A stretch of 64,000 bases of DNA from an uncultured virus (IMG/VR IMGVR_UViG_3300034375_007546) (lineage: Duplodnaviria; Heunggongvirae; Uroviricota; Caudoviricetes). Position 1 is the stretch's first letter, and every line of letters begins with the position of its first letter. The notes below the pieces were generated by a model. The model was given only the letters and a program-made list of their open reading frames with translations. It was not told the DNA's origin and did no database searches. A program made the translations under genes and the position numbers. The DNA lies in IMG/VR virus record IMGVR_UViG_3300034375_007546; one strand, written 5' to 3'. Shown piece after piece: positions 29,788-39,760 of the stretch.

Positions 29788-30066
29788 ATGAACTTTGTAC
29801 CAGTAAATAACTATCTTTACGTTCAAACAGTAGAGGACAATGAAACCGAAGATGTGGGTATTCTACTTCCACAGGATTACCGATCTGTTGAATCGCCGTT
29901 TGCGGTGGTAGAACTATTACAGACCCACACAACCTTGACTAATGTTATGTGGGCTCGCGGTGTTCATTTGGTTGTGGAGGCTCATATGCTCCGAGATATC
30001 CAGCATAACGGTGAGACTTATACGGTTATCAAAGAACAGTATGTTATTGGGATTTTAACAGAATAG
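29788..30066 (+). CDS. groES: GroES-like co-chaperonin
   Basis: MNFVPVNNYLYV, GILLP mobile loop, GETYTVIKEQYVIGIL. Confidence 0.75.
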   Translation: MNFVPVNNYLYVQTVEDNETEDVGILLPQDYRSVESPFAVVELLQTHTTLTNVMWARGVHLVVEAHMLRDIQHNGETYTVIKEQYVIGILTE

Positions 30067-30117
30067 ATAACTATTTAAGTTGTTGGATGCGCAACAGAAT
30101 ATCAAAGGACCATCAAA

Positions 30118-30492
30118 ATGAAACTAACAAAAGCAAGATTACGGCAGATCATCAAAGAAGAGATTGATGCCGCAACGGAACAAAAGGCGAAAGCCAAGAT
30201 TGATGATCTTATGAACAGTCAGCTGTTTTCAAACGCAGACGAAGAAGATAAGGCAGAAGCACGGTCAATAATCTTTGACACCTTGATGAGCCTTGAAGCC
30301 TACGGCGGCACGATGAGGCCGAGTGAAGAGTACATGGATGATGCGTTCCGCCCTCATAGAGAGCTAACAATAAGGTTAGCGACTGCATCTCCTGCGGCGC
30401 GTCGTAGCTACTGGTTAGACGCCCTTGTCGCTTGGTCGCTTGGTCGCAAAGATTATGAGAAATTGTTAGATGATGATGAGGAATTGTCATAA
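30118..30492 (+). CDS. Late protein with MKLTKARLxQIIKEEI leader
   Basis: Late motif at 30070; leader shared with 30494 and 55442. Confidence 0.75.
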   Translation: MKLTKARLRQIIKEEIDAATEQKAKAKIDDLMNSQLFSNADEEDKAEARSIIFDTLMSLEAYGGTMRPSEEYMDDAFRPHRELTIRLATASPAARRSYWLDALVAWSLGRKDYEKLLDDDEELS

Positions 30493-30493
30493 A

Positions 30494-30913
30494 ATGAAAC
30501 TCACCAAAGCAAGATTACAGCAGATCATCAAAGAAGAGATTGAGGGAACACAAGAGCAAAGCCACGCCTTTGAGATTTATAGCCCCGGTCATTACGGAAC
30601 CGATCCCGACACAACCATTATGTATGTTGATAACGTGCCAATGAGTATGATAGATGTCAGCCAATATGAGAGTTACAAATCGACCGGCGCCAAGAACCCC
30701 GAACGTTTCTATAAGATATCCAAGGAAGGGATGCAAAAGCTTGGTTTCAAGCTAAACGAATATGGGAACTTTTCAGTTCGTTCAAGAAGAATAGATGAAA
30801 TTCCAGAAAGAATTGAGGTTACTGTGCCTTATAATCCCCGCACAGGTGAGTTTATGTTAGATAACTTACGAGCATCTCAAAATCCCAAGGTCGTAGACGC
30901 ATCCGGTATGTAA
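30494..30913 (+). CDS. Late protein with MKLTKARLxQIIKEEI leader
   Basis: The first 50 nt or so are nearly identical to the previous gene's start; the remainder is unrelated. Confidence 0.75.
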   Translation: MKLTKARLQQIIKEEIEGTQEQSHAFEIYSPGHYGTDPDTTIMYVDNVPMSMIDVSQYESYKSTGAKNPERFYKISKEGMQKLGFKLNEYGNFSVRSRRIDEIPERIEVTVPYNPRTGEFMLDNLRASQNPKVVDASGM

Positions 30914-30975
30914 GCTCGGTAGAAATCCTAAAAATAACACTTGACTTGTAAGCCCGGTTATGCTACATTAGTAGT

Positions 30976-31707
30976 ATGACTGGGCTTTCACCTATACAAA
31001 TCAAACTTCCCAATGTTGTGATTGGCTGGCGGGAAGAAGCGATTACATTCGCGAACAAAAAGAACTACCATCTAATCGTCAATGATGAACAAAGACCTTT
31101 TGTTCATTTCTTTCGTTATGAAGATGTAAAAAGCAACTGGTATAACGGCATATTTGAACTTGGAATGAAATCTAAACTTCCTGTTCCGTTTGATATTCAA
31201 ACTATCGGAATGGAAGACAGCAGATTGAAGATTATCACAAAAGGAAACACCAAGATTTTGATTGAGTTTGGTTTCCTTCATATCTTTGACCTTGAAAACT
31301 GTAACTTTGATGGTGTAGATCAGATTATCAAAGATTACACCGTCAAGGATACCTTTGATATTACAGTAGGTTCCAAACTTGGGCACGATATTGTGATCAA
31401 GCCCCACGACACCTTTGTAAAAGAGTTCAGAACCATTAGAACCAACCGAGTTGATAGAAACAAGACCGGCGAGTTCAAGGACTTTTTGGCAACAAGTATC
31501 ATTGATGCCGAGGACATCAAAAACTTTGATTTTTCCGACACAATCGTGCGTTTGCTTTTGGAAAGAAAGATAAGGCAAATGGGATTGAAGAGAAACAACA
31601 AAGAATACCTAAAACTACAACATAGCGACCGACACATAAGCAAAAGAAACTTTTATTTCGAGACAACAGAAGATGCAGATGATAGAATAGTTCTATATGA
31701 CCCGTAG
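30976..31707 (+). CDS. Hypothetical protein (probably leaderless)
   Basis: ATG lies 6 nt after TACATT of the promoter at 30941. Confidence 0.7.
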   Translation: MTGLSPIQIKLPNVVIGWREEAITFANKKNYHLIVNDEQRPFVHFFRYEDVKSNWYNGIFELGMKSKLPVPFDIQTIGMEDSRLKIITKGNTKILIEFGFLHIFDLENCNFDGVDQIIKDYTVKDTFDITVGSKLGHDIVIKPHDTFVKEFRTIRTNRVDRNKTGEFKDFLATSIIDAEDIKNFDFSDTIVRLLLERKIRQMGLKRNNKEYLKLQHSDRHISKRNFYFETTEDADDRIVLYDP

Positions 31708-32566
31708 CAAAGAAAACCTTCCGGGGATCATCCCGGTATCAGGAATGACTTCCGAGTTTGGTATGGAATGGGACTCATCACTAATACCTGTTGCTCCAAA
31801 CTATACCGCATTAGAGTCGGCAATCTTTGAATGTATTCACGTTGGCTGCAACTCTATTTGGATTGTCGCAAACGACGATATTGCCCCACTTATCCGCCAT
31901 CGCATAGGTGAATATGCGACAGATATGCGTTCTGTGGAGCAAGGTGCGTTCAAAAACTGGGGCAGCCCTAATCATTTGGAAGTTCCCATTTATTATGTTC
32001 CTATTCACCCGAAACATAGAGATAAAGTAGACAACTACGCTTGGTCTGCGATCTATGGCGCTAATGCATGCTTTTGGATTATGCGTATGTTCTCGCGATG
32101 GACAACACCGGCTGCTTACTATGTTTCTTTTCCTTTGGGAATGCACGATCCAAAAGAACTGCTCAAACATCGAGCCAAAGTGCAGAAAAAGAAAACATTC
32201 TACTTTTCTCACAAAGGCAAAACAGTAAGAGATGGATATCCTATCTCGTTTGTTATGGAACCAGAAGAATGGCGCAGAGCAAAACACACAATAACCACAA
32301 ATGCTTCGGTTTGGAAATCTACCAATGGAGAGTCTATCCCAAGAGAGAAGCTACCGCCAGAAGAACGGTTGGTGTCTCTAAAATATAATCTTGAAGATGT
32401 ATTTGGTGGAGGACCCACAAACAACGACCAAGAGATTGAAGAGTTTTATAACTTGACTACCTGGGATGGGTATGCTAACTTACTAGGGTCGCCGCTCGGC
32501 AAGCGCATGAAGCGACCATCGAAAACACTAATGTACAGGAAAGGTAAAATTAATGACGACGGATAA
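31697..32566 (+). CDS. Divergent sugar-phosphate nucleotidyltransferase-like protein
   Basis: GIIPVSG....SLIPV...AIFECIHVGCNSIWIV resembles the NTP_transferase N-terminus, but the G-x-G-T-R motif is degenerate. Confidence 0.45.
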   Translation: MTRSKENLPGIIPVSGMTSEFGMEWDSSLIPVAPNYTALESAIFECIHVGCNSIWIVANDDIAPLIRHRIGEYATDMRSVEQGAFKNWGSPNHLEVPIYYVPIHPKHRDKVDNYAWSAIYGANACFWIMRMFSRWTTPAAYYVSFPLGMHDPKELLKHRAKVQKKKTFYFSHKGKTVRDGYPISFVMEPEEWRRAKHTITTNASVWKSTNGESIPREKLPPEERLVSLKYNLEDVFGGGPTNNDQEIEEFYNLTTWDGYANLLGSPLGKRMKRPSKTLMYRKGKINDDG

Positions 32567-35500
32567 AAAGATTCCTTTTGTTGGACTTCACGCTCACTCC
32601 GTAGCAGGTTCAATCTTCGATGCCATCGGGTTCCCGAATGAGCATATGGATTTCTGCTATGAGAATGGGGGTGAAGCTCTTGCACTCACAGACCACGGAA
32701 ATATGAATGGCTTTTCACATCAGTTTCTTCATTGGAAGAAGATGAAGGCAGAAGGCAAGAACTTCAAGCCTATCTATGGTGTTGAAGCTTATTTTCTACC
32801 TTCTATTGAGGAATGGAGAGGAGAATACAATAGAATCAAGGAAGACGCTAAACTCGCAAAGTCTCTTGCGAAGAGCGATACTTCCGGCGCTACCGTCGAG
32901 GATGAGGAAGAGTCAAAGAAGGCTATCAAGTCTATTCTAAACCGTCGTCGTCATTTGGTTCTTTTGGCTCAAAACCAAACAGGACTAAACAACCTTTTCA
33001 AGCTTATTTCCGAGTCTTACAACGAAGAGAACTATTACCGTTATCCGCGTGTTGATTACAAGATGCTGGACAAGTATTCAGAAGGCATTATCGCTGCGTC
33101 TGCTTGTTTGGGCGGTCCGTATGCCGGCAACTACTGGGCAAACCGCGAGGAAGGCCCCGAGGCTGTCCGAGAGGCAATGCGCGAGACTACAAGAGAGTTT
33201 GTAAAGATCTTTGGTGATCGTTGGCACGGCGAGCTTCAATGGAACAATATTCCAGAGCAGCACGAACTAAATCAATACATTATTGAGATGCATCACGAGT
33301 TTGGTATTCCGCTTATCTCAACTGCCGATTCGCATTATCCTAATCCGAATGCTTGGAAGGACCGAGAGCTTTACAAGCGCCTTGGTTGGCTTGGTAAGGG
33401 CAAGCCTGATTGGATGGAGAACACTGATCTTCCGACTGGTGTCGAAGAGATTGGATATGAGATTTATCCTAAGAATGGAAACCAAATGTGGGATTCCTAC
33501 AAGTATTACTCAAAGACCGCTGGCGTAGAATATGACGATCAGTTGGTAATGGACTCGATTACAAGAACTCACGACATTGCTTTCAAGATGATTGAGGACT
33601 TTGTTCCTGATACAACTGTAAAACTTCCTGACTTTGTGGTTCCTGCGGGACACACTGCTACAGAGGCACTTGTAAACTACGCTTTAGAAGGTTTGCGTAA
33701 TCGTGGGCTCCACGAGAACAAAGAATACACTGACCGTCTCAAGATGGAACTAGATGTTATTGATGACCGTGGTTTTAGCAAGTATTTCTTGACTATGAAA
33801 GCGATCTCCGACAAGGCAAACGAAGTTCAGCTAACTGGCCCCGGTCGTGGTTCTGCTGCTGGCTCTTTGGTTGCTTATGTTCTCGGGATCACACAGATTG
33901 ATCCTATCAAGTATGGTCTTCTTTTTGAGAGGTTCCTTCGCAAGGACGCAACTGATTATCCTGATATTGATTATGATGTTGCGGAGCCAATGGAACTAAA
34001 AGAGCGTCTTATGGAAGATTGGGGCAAGAACTCTGTTATTCCAATCTCAAACTGGAATACTCTACAGTTGAAGTCTCTAATCAAGGATATTTCAAAGTTC
34101 TATGGTGTGCCTTTCATTGAGGTAAATAAAGTTACATCTCAGATGATCTTTGAGGCAACTCCTGCCGCAAAGGCAAGGCACGGTATCAAGGCTGGTGTTT
34201 ATACTCCAACTTGGGAAGAGGTTATGGAACTATCTCCTTCTCTTCGTGGCTTCCTTGTAAAGCATCCTCACATCAAAACACACGTTGAGGCGCTTGTAGG
34301 TCAGGTAAGGAATTGCTCCCGCCACGCTGGTGGCGTTTTGATTGCGGACGATCTAAACGAGCATATGCCGATTATTAGTTCTGGTGGTGTTCGACAGTCT
34401 CCGTGGGCAGAAGGTCAGAACGTTCGTCACTTGGAACCGCTTGGGTTTATTAAGTTTGATTTGCTTGGGCTCTCCACACTTCGGATGATTGAAGGCGCAA
34501 TCCGTCATATCCTTGTTCGGCATCACAATAATCCAGAGCCGACGTTCAAGGATGTTCAGGATTTCTACAACAAGCATCTTCACCCGGACGTTATTGACTT
34601 TGACGATCAGGAAGTGTATAAGAATGTTTTCCAGAAGGGAAACTTCGCCGGTATTTTTCAGTTTACCGAGGGGCGAGCACAGGAATTCTGTTCCAATGCA
34701 CAACCAAAGTCTTTGGTTGACATTTCCGCCATTACTTCCATTTATCGTCCCGGGCCTCTATCGGCAAATGTTCACGAGCAATACATTCAAGCTAAGGAGA
34801 ACGCAGACGGTATTGATTATATGAATAATCATATCAAGGAAGTTACACAAGAAACTTACGGGTTCCTTATCTTTCAGGAGCAGATTGCCTTACTTGCTCA
34901 CAAGTTGGGTAAGGGCGTATCTCTTGATGAAGGCAACCTTCTTCGCAAGGTTCTTACCAAGAAGGGAACCGGCAAGGGTCACGAAGTAAAGATGAAAATC
35001 CACGACAAGTTTGTTGAGGGTTGTGTTGAAAAAGGCATTCGCAGGCACGAAGCAGAAAGTATGTGGGAGCGATTTGAGTATTTCTCCGGATACGGCTTCA
35101 ACAAGTCTCACGCTATTTCGTATTCCGCTATCTCTTTCCAGTGCGCTTGGCTTTGGAACTATTACCCGATTGAGTGGATGGCTTCTTTCTTGGACAAAGA
35201 GCCCGAGAAGCGAAAGGAAAAGGCAATCAACATTGCAAAGGCAAATGGCTTCTTTATCGAAAAGGCAGACGTAAACCGTTCTTCGTTTGAGTGGGAGATT
35301 GACCCAAATGATGATCGCAAGCTTATTCAGCCTCTTGCGGGTCTAAAGGGGCTTGGTGATGCAGCAATCCAACAGATTGTTGATAACCGTCCGTTTGCAA
35401 ACATCGAAGAGTTTCTATTCCACGACGATATTGTTTACAGCAAGCTAAACAAGAAAGCTCTTGATGTTTTGGTTCGTTCGGGAGCGATGAATAGTTTGAT

Positions 35501-35990
35501 GGATGATCGCTTCACTGGTCGCAAGCATTTCTGGTCTGCTGTCGCAGTAGATAGAGTTTACAATCGCAAGAAGTTCAATGAGAACATTGAGAAGTACAAG
35601 GACGAAGGTGACTTCACTCCAGAGGAAGAAATCGAGAATCTAACGACAATCACTGGAATCTTCCCTATGTCTCTAGTGGTGACACCAGAGGTGCAACAAA
35701 AGTTGGATGAATATTTCATTCCGGCGATTTCGGATTACGATCCAGAGTTGGGCCTTGTGTGGTTTATCCCACGAGAGATCATTCGCAAGAAAACAAAGAA
35801 CGGCAAGCCTTATTGGATTGTTCAAGTAATTGATTCTAATTCTGTCTTGACACGATTCCGTTGTTGGGGTATAGTTGAAGGTAAGGATAGGATTCACTTG
35901 AATCGTCCTTATATGTGTCGCCCACAATATGACCCCACTTGGGGATTCTCAGTTCGATCAATTAAAAAGCAGCTGCGCCTTTTGGGATGA
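32553..35990 (+). CDS. dnaE: DNA polymerase III alpha subunit (family C)
   Basis: PHP LHAHS/TDHG, GPGRGSAAGSL, YPDIDYD, KFDLLGL, YGFNKSH. Confidence 0.97.
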   Translation: MTTDKKIPFVGLHAHSVAGSIFDAIGFPNEHMDFCYENGGEALALTDHGNMNGFSHQFLHWKKMKAEGKNFKPIYGVEAYFLPSIEEWRGEYNRIKEDAKLAKSLAKSDTSGATVEDEEESKKAIKSILNRRRHLVLLAQNQTGLNNLFKLISESYNEENYYRYPRVDYKMLDKYSEGIIAASACLGGPYAGNYWANREEGPEAVREAMRETTREFVKIFGDRWHGELQWNNIPEQHELNQYIIEMHHEFGIPLISTADSHYPNPNAWKDRELYKRLGWLGKGKPDWMENTDLPTGVEEIGYEIYPKNGNQMWDSYKYYSKTAGVEYDDQLVMDSITRTHDIAFKMIEDFVPDTTVKLPDFVVPAGHTATEALVNYALEGLRNRGLHENKEYTDRLKMELDVIDDRGFSKYFLTMKAISDKANEVQLTGPGRGSAAGSLVAYVLGITQIDPIKYGLLFERFLRKDATDYPDIDYDVAEPMELKERLMEDWGKNSVIPISNWNTLQLKSLIKDISKFYGVPFIEVNKVTSQMIFEATPAAKARHGIKAGVYTPTWEEVMELSPSLRGFLVKHPHIKTHVEALVGQVRNCSRHAGGVLIADDLNEHMPIISSGGVRQSPWAEGQNVRHLEPLGFIKFDLLGLSTLRMIEGAIRHILVRHHNNPEPTFKDVQDFYNKHLHPDVIDFDDQEVYKNVFQKGNFAGIFQFTEGRAQEFCSNAQPKSLVDISAITSIYRPGPLSANVHEQYIQAKENADGIDYMNNHIKEVTQETYGFLIFQEQIALLAHKLGKGVSLDEGNLLRKVLTKKGTGKGHEVKMKIHDKFVEGCVEKGIRRHEAESMWERFEYFSGYGFNKSHAISYSAISFQCAWLWNYYPIEWMASFLDKEPEKRKEKAINIAKANGFFIEKADVNRSSFEWEIDPNDDRKLIQPLAGLKGLGDAAIQQIVDNRPFANIEEFLFHDDIVYSKLNKKALDVLVRSGAMNSLMDDRFTGRKHFWSAVAVDRVYNRKKFNENIEKYKDEGDFTPEEEIENLTTITGIFPMSLVVTPEVQQKLDEYFIPAISDYDPELGLVWFIPREIIRKKTKNGKPYWIVQVIDSNSVLTRFRCWGIVEGKDRIHLNRPYMCRPQYDPTWGFSVRSIKKQLRLLG

Positions 35991-36040
35991 AATAAACCCT
36001 GAGTATATCAGGATAGCTAAGAAAATGTTGGGAGTAGAAA

Positions 36041-37045
36041 ATGATAGCAGATATAATAGTGGGATTGTCTTTTGGTGATGAAGGCAAAGGAAAAGTAACA
36101 CATCACCTTTTAAAGAATGGAGACTACACTCACTGTATTCGCTTTAACGGCGGCTGCAACGCAGGTCACACCATTTATCACGAAGGGGTAAAGTTTATAA
36201 CCCATCACATTCCTGCTGGAGTATTCTTCGGTGTAAGGTCCATTATTGGTAATGGGTGCGTTGTGAATATCGACCAGTTCAATCGTGAGATTCAAATGCT
36301 TCATGAAGGCGGAATCAATACAGATGGGCTAATCTTTATCGCAAACAATGCTCACATCATTACTGATGCGCATCTAGAAGAGGATGGCAAGGACACAACC
36401 ATTGGAACTACAAAGCGAGGTAATGGACCAGCTTACCGTGACAAGTATGATCGTAGGGGAACCTTGGCCTCAAAGGCTCTTGTCGGAACTCCTTATCTTA
36501 TTGATATGTATCGGGAACTCCACGAGACAGACGAGGAAGTTGCAATCCTCTGTGAGGGCGCACAAGGCTTTGGATTGGATATTGACTGGGGAGATTACCC
36601 TTTCGTTACTTCAAGCCACTGCACGACCGCTGGGGCGCTCCTAAACGGCATCCCGCCGCAGGCTGTCCGGAAAGTTTACGGTATTACGAAGGCTTATGAC
36701 ACTTATGTGGGAGCAAAGAACTTTCACGGCGAAGGAAGAGTATTTGATTTGCTACAAAGCCTAGGAAAGGAGTTTGGTGCGACCACTGGCCGTCCTCGTC
36801 AGTGTAACTGGCTTAATGTTCGGGACCTAAAGAAAGCAGTAGATATCAACGGCGTCACAGATGTGATTATCAACAAGGTAGATATTCTTCGAGAAGTTGG
36901 AGAGTGGAACTTGCGTTCTTCTGATAACAATGCTATTATGCTCAAGTTGGGTTCAGAGGTAGCTTGGAAGCAATACATCAGACGACTACTCAACGACAAC
37001 ACAAGTATTAATGTTGTCTTTTCAGAATCACCAGAAAGGATTTAA
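36041..37045 (+). CDS. purA: Adenylosuccinate synthetase (short form)
   Basis: GDEGKGK, GGCNAGHT, IGTT.RGNGPAY.DK, EGAQG, GATTGRPRQC, NKVD. Confidence 0.93.
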   Translation: MIADIIVGLSFGDEGKGKVTHHLLKNGDYTHCIRFNGGCNAGHTIYHEGVKFITHHIPAGVFFGVRSIIGNGCVVNIDQFNREIQMLHEGGINTDGLIFIANNAHIITDAHLEEDGKDTTIGTTKRGNGPAYRDKYDRRGTLASKALVGTPYLIDMYRELHETDEEVAILCEGAQGFGLDIDWGDYPFVTSSHCTTAGALLNGIPPQAVRKVYGITKAYDTYVGAKNFHGEGRVFDLLQSLGKEFGATTGRPRQCNWLNVRDLKKAVDINGVTDVIINKVDILREVGEWNLRSSDNNAIMLKLGSEVAWKQYIRRLLNDNTSINVVFSESPERI

Positions 37046-37046
37046 G

Positions 37047-37511
37047 ATGATTTTACAGTACCACATGATTCACGATAATGTTCACCCTCCGACGCGATCT
37101 AATCCGTCAGATGCGGGTTTGGATTTGCGTTGGTCGCCAGCAGATTCTTCTGTTACGGCTCTACGCATTGAGCCGGGAGAGAGCATACTTGTTCCGACTG
37201 GTTTGCGGTTTGCTATTCCTCACGGTTATATGATGGAGATCAAGAACCGATCTAGTATGGCTGCAAAGCGCCAGCTTCTGGTTGGTGCCTGTGTTGTTGA
37301 TTCCGGCTATGATGGTGAGGTTTTTGTTAATCTTCACAACATTGGTCAGCATTGGCAGACTATTGAGCCCGGTGACAAGGTGGCGCAGGCTGTTATTGTT
37401 CCGGTTGTTCACGCTCGCTTTGTGGCGTCCGAGGATCCCAACATTTACGATTGGCATCCGATTACCATTTCTAACCGGGGCGATGGTGCCCTAGGAAGCA
37501 CGGGTAAGTAA
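37047..37511 (+). CDS. dut: Trimeric dUTPase
   Basis: DAGLDL, RSSMA, VVDSGYDGE, GDKVAQ, RGDGALGSTG. Confidence 0.95.
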   Translation: MILQYHMIHDNVHPPTRSNPSDAGLDLRWSPADSSVTALRIEPGESILVPTGLRFAIPHGYMMEIKNRSSMAAKRQLLVGACVVDSGYDGEVFVNLHNIGQHWQTIEPGDKVAQAVIVPVVHARFVASEDPNIYDWHPITISNRGDGALGSTGK

Positions 37512-37757
37512 ATGATAGAGTGTCCGTATTGTCAAGAAATGTCACACACAAGGGAGCAATTAATTTCTCATATGAATGACGCTCACATAAGATGTTCTTG
37601 TTGTGGGCGTGTCTTTGACTGTCTTGACAAAGAGGCGGATATGGCTTTGTGTGTTAATTGCTACGCTAGAGATTTAATAAAAGGGAGAATAGATAGAAAT
37701 GGCAAAAGTACTACCGCTACCACAGGATCGGTTCCTTTATCTGCCGGAACAAGTTGA
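37512..37757 (+). CDS. Small Zn-finger protein
   Basis: CPYC-x12-H-x4-H plus CSCC and CVNC. Confidence 0.55.
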   Translation: MIECPYCQEMSHTREQLISHMNDAHIRCSCCGRVFDCLDKEADMALCVNCYARDLIKGRIDRNGKSTTATTGSVPLSAGTS

Positions 37758-38262
37758 TCAGGAGTCAATGAACAAGTTGACAAAGAGCATCATCGATATC
37801 AATGCCGACGATGCTCATTTAAAGAAGTTATATGCTGTCCATGGTTTGGACTACACGCCGCAGCCGATTAAGATTTACATTGATTCTTATGGTGGCGCAG
37901 TATACCAATGCTTTGGTTTGCTTGGAGTTATGGAGAAGTCTGAGACGCCAATCCATACGATTGTAACTGGTGCTGCTATGTCTTGCGGATTTATGATTTT
38001 GATCTCGGGACACAAGCGTTTCGGATATAAACTATCCACGCCGCTTTACCATCAGGTTTCTACTGGTTTCTACGGCAAGGTTCAGGATATGGAAGAGAGA
38101 CTACAGGAAACAAAGCGTCTTCAAAAGGTGATTGAGGATATTACTTTGGAGAGAACCAACATCTCAAAAAAGAAGTTGGCCGATGTTCTCAAAAACAAGG
38201 TTGATTGGTATATGTCTGCCGAAGAGGCACTAAAGTTGGGCGTTATTGACGCAATCTTATAA
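37699..38262 (+). CDS. clpP: ClpP-family protease 1
   Basis: IYIDSYGG, GAAMS (Ser), LYHQ (His), DWYMSAEEALKLGVID. Confidence 0.88.
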   Translation: MAKVLPLPQDRFLYLPEQVDQESMNKLTKSIIDINADDAHLKKLYAVHGLDYTPQPIKIYIDSYGGAVYQCFGLLGVMEKSETPIHTIVTGAAMSCGFMILISGHKRFGYKLSTPLYHQVSTGFYGKVQDMEERLQETKRLQKVIEDITLERTNISKKKLADVLKNKVDWYMSAEEALKLGVIDAIL

Positions 38263-38272
38263 AGGATTATAA

Positions 38273-38980
38273 ATGAACCACGAAGACGAAAACAAAACGA
38301 TTTATTTATATGGCGACGGTATTGGAAAGGTCCAACTTATTGAGAGTTATGGATCAGATAAATCCGTCGTGAATAGTGCCCGAGTGTCCTTCGGGAAGCA
38401 TAAAGAAGAACTTGACGAACGAGATAAAAAGTTAATCAACTATCTTATCAAGCATCGCCATACTTCAACTCTGGAACATTGCGGCATTACATTTAAGTTT
38501 GTCGTCCCGCTTTATGTTCGTTCGCAACATCATCGTCATCGTACTTGGTCTTATAACGAGATTTCAAGAAGATACACAGATGTGGATATTCAGTTCTATG
38601 AGCCGAAGGTTTTCAGAACACAACATAAAACAAACCGACAAGCATCAAACGCCGAAGATCTAATCAATCCTGTTCTGTCTTGTGGAAGCGATTGCGATGA
38701 GATGGTTATGCGACACCATCAAATGTCTCTTGATCTTTACGATAGAATGATGTCGGCAGGCGTTTGCCGAGAGCAAGCCCGTGGAGTTCTACCACAGAAC
38801 CTTTACTCTACCTATTGGGGCACGACGAACTTAAATAATCTGCTAAAGTTCATTGACCTTCGCACGCACGAAGGAGCACAATGGGAGATTGTAAAAGTCG
38901 CTGAAGCCTGTCTAGAAATCGCCACCGACCTGTTTCCAGAAACGGTAGGTGCTTATCGTAAGATTAAAGGCGAAGAATGA
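38273..38980 (+). CDS. thyX: Flavin-dependent thymidylate synthase
   Basis: HTSTLEH, RHRTWSYNEISRRY, EQARGVLP, LR...AQWEI. Confidence 0.96.
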   Translation: MNHEDENKTIYLYGDGIGKVQLIESYGSDKSVVNSARVSFGKHKEELDERDKKLINYLIKHRHTSTLEHCGITFKFVVPLYVRSQHHRHRTWSYNEISRRYTDVDIQFYEPKVFRTQHKTNRQASNAEDLINPVLSCGSDCDEMVMRHHQMSLDLYDRMMSAGVCREQARGVLPQNLYSTYWGTTNLNNLLKFIDLRTHEGAQWEIVKVAEACLEIATDLFPETVGAYRKIKGEE

Positions 38981-39180
38981 AAGTCAAATCTATTAAATCA
39001 ATCTATCTTTCTGAAAAGGAACTAAAAGCCGCAATCTGCAATTGGCTTCATATTCGTGGACGCCATGATTTAGCGACACATTTGGGAGATAACTTGTGCG
39101 AGTTTGAATGGACTCTTCAAGATGATGGTAGTTACCTTGCTGTCGATATGGATGGCACATTTGAGGAGAACGAAGAATGA
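38977..39180 (+). CDS. Hypothetical protein (array gene 1, ends ENEE)
   Basis: ATGA overlaps at both ends. Confidence 0.7.
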   Translation: MKVKSIKSIYLSEKELKAAICNWLHIRGRHDLATHLGDNLCEFEWTLQDDGSYLAVDMDGTFEENEE

Positions 39181-39464
39181 AAGTCGGTGATAAAGTAAAA
39201 ATAAACTATCGAGGCGAACCTGCTTATCGCTATAGTAGAAGCGAGGATCATCCAACCAAAGGATTTTACTACGAGAATGGTGATGAGGCAGTTGTAATAA
39301 ACCCAAACTATTACAAGCAAGAGATTAGAGAACACACAAACCTAGCAGGTTACACCTTCCCGATTTCAGTAACCCTTGAGGGTGTTTTGGTTCTTATTGA
39401 TGGCGAACAAGTGGTCGTGAAAGAAAAGGACTTGGAGAAAGTAATCGTGGAGAACGAAGAATGA
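39177..39464 (+). CDS. Hypothetical KOW/SH3-like protein (array gene 2, ends ENEE)
   Basis: MKVGDKVKI start. Confidence 0.7.
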   Translation: MKVGDKVKINYRGEPAYRYSRSEDHPTKGFYYENGDEAVVINPNYYKQEIREHTNLAGYTFPISVTLEGVLVLIDGEQVVVKEKDLEKVIVENEE

Positions 39465-39760
39465 GTGCGCTCAAAAAGATTGAGAACCTTTCCAAGTATG
39501 CTTGGGAACAGGTTGATAGAAATCCAGAAGAAGCAAAAGAACTATTCAAGATGATTTATGAGTTGGCGAAAATGAGTAATAAAAAGAATGTAGATTATAA
39601 TCCACTTTCTATTGACGAAGACTACTATATTACCCCAAGAGAAGTTGAGCCCCGCGAGTTTTCGCAAGAGCAAGAAGATAAAGATATTGCTTATCTTGTA
39701 AAAAATCTTTTTGAAGCAATTAAGATCCCGAAAGAATATTTTAAGGAGAACGAAGAATGA
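39461..39760 (+). CDS. Hypothetical protein (array gene 3, ends ENEE)
   Basis: ATGA overlaps at both ends. Confidence 0.7.
   Translation: MSALKKIENLSKYAWEQVDRNPEEAKELFKMIYELAKMSNKKNVDYNPLSIDEDYYITPREVEPREFSQEQEDKDIAYLVKNLFEAIKIPKEYFKENEE

Larger units (their letters stand above)
39165..39760 (+). repeat. 16-bp junction repeat GGAGAACGAAGAATGA, three copies
   Basis: Exact copies at 39165-39180, 39449-39464 and 39745-39760, plus 63850-63865; partial copies at 38971-38980 and about 39808-39819. Confidence 0.9.

Noticed and set aside
25724..35990. Inteins or introns in dnaB, nrdJ or dnaE
   Set aside because: Lengths are normal, motifs are contiguous, and no C...HN splice junctions or LAGLIDADG blocks were seen.
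36041..37045. PurZ / 2-aminoadenine (Z-genome) pathway
   Set aside because: The enzyme keeps the PurA catalytic Asp (GDEGKGK, not GSTGKG) and a GTP-type NKxD motif. No DatZ is visible and the MazG-like gene is disrupted.
39165..39760. CRISPR array interpretation of the 16-bp or promoter repeats
   Set aside because: The intervals are whole genes (about 270-4000 bp), not 30-40 bp spacers, and no cas genes are present.
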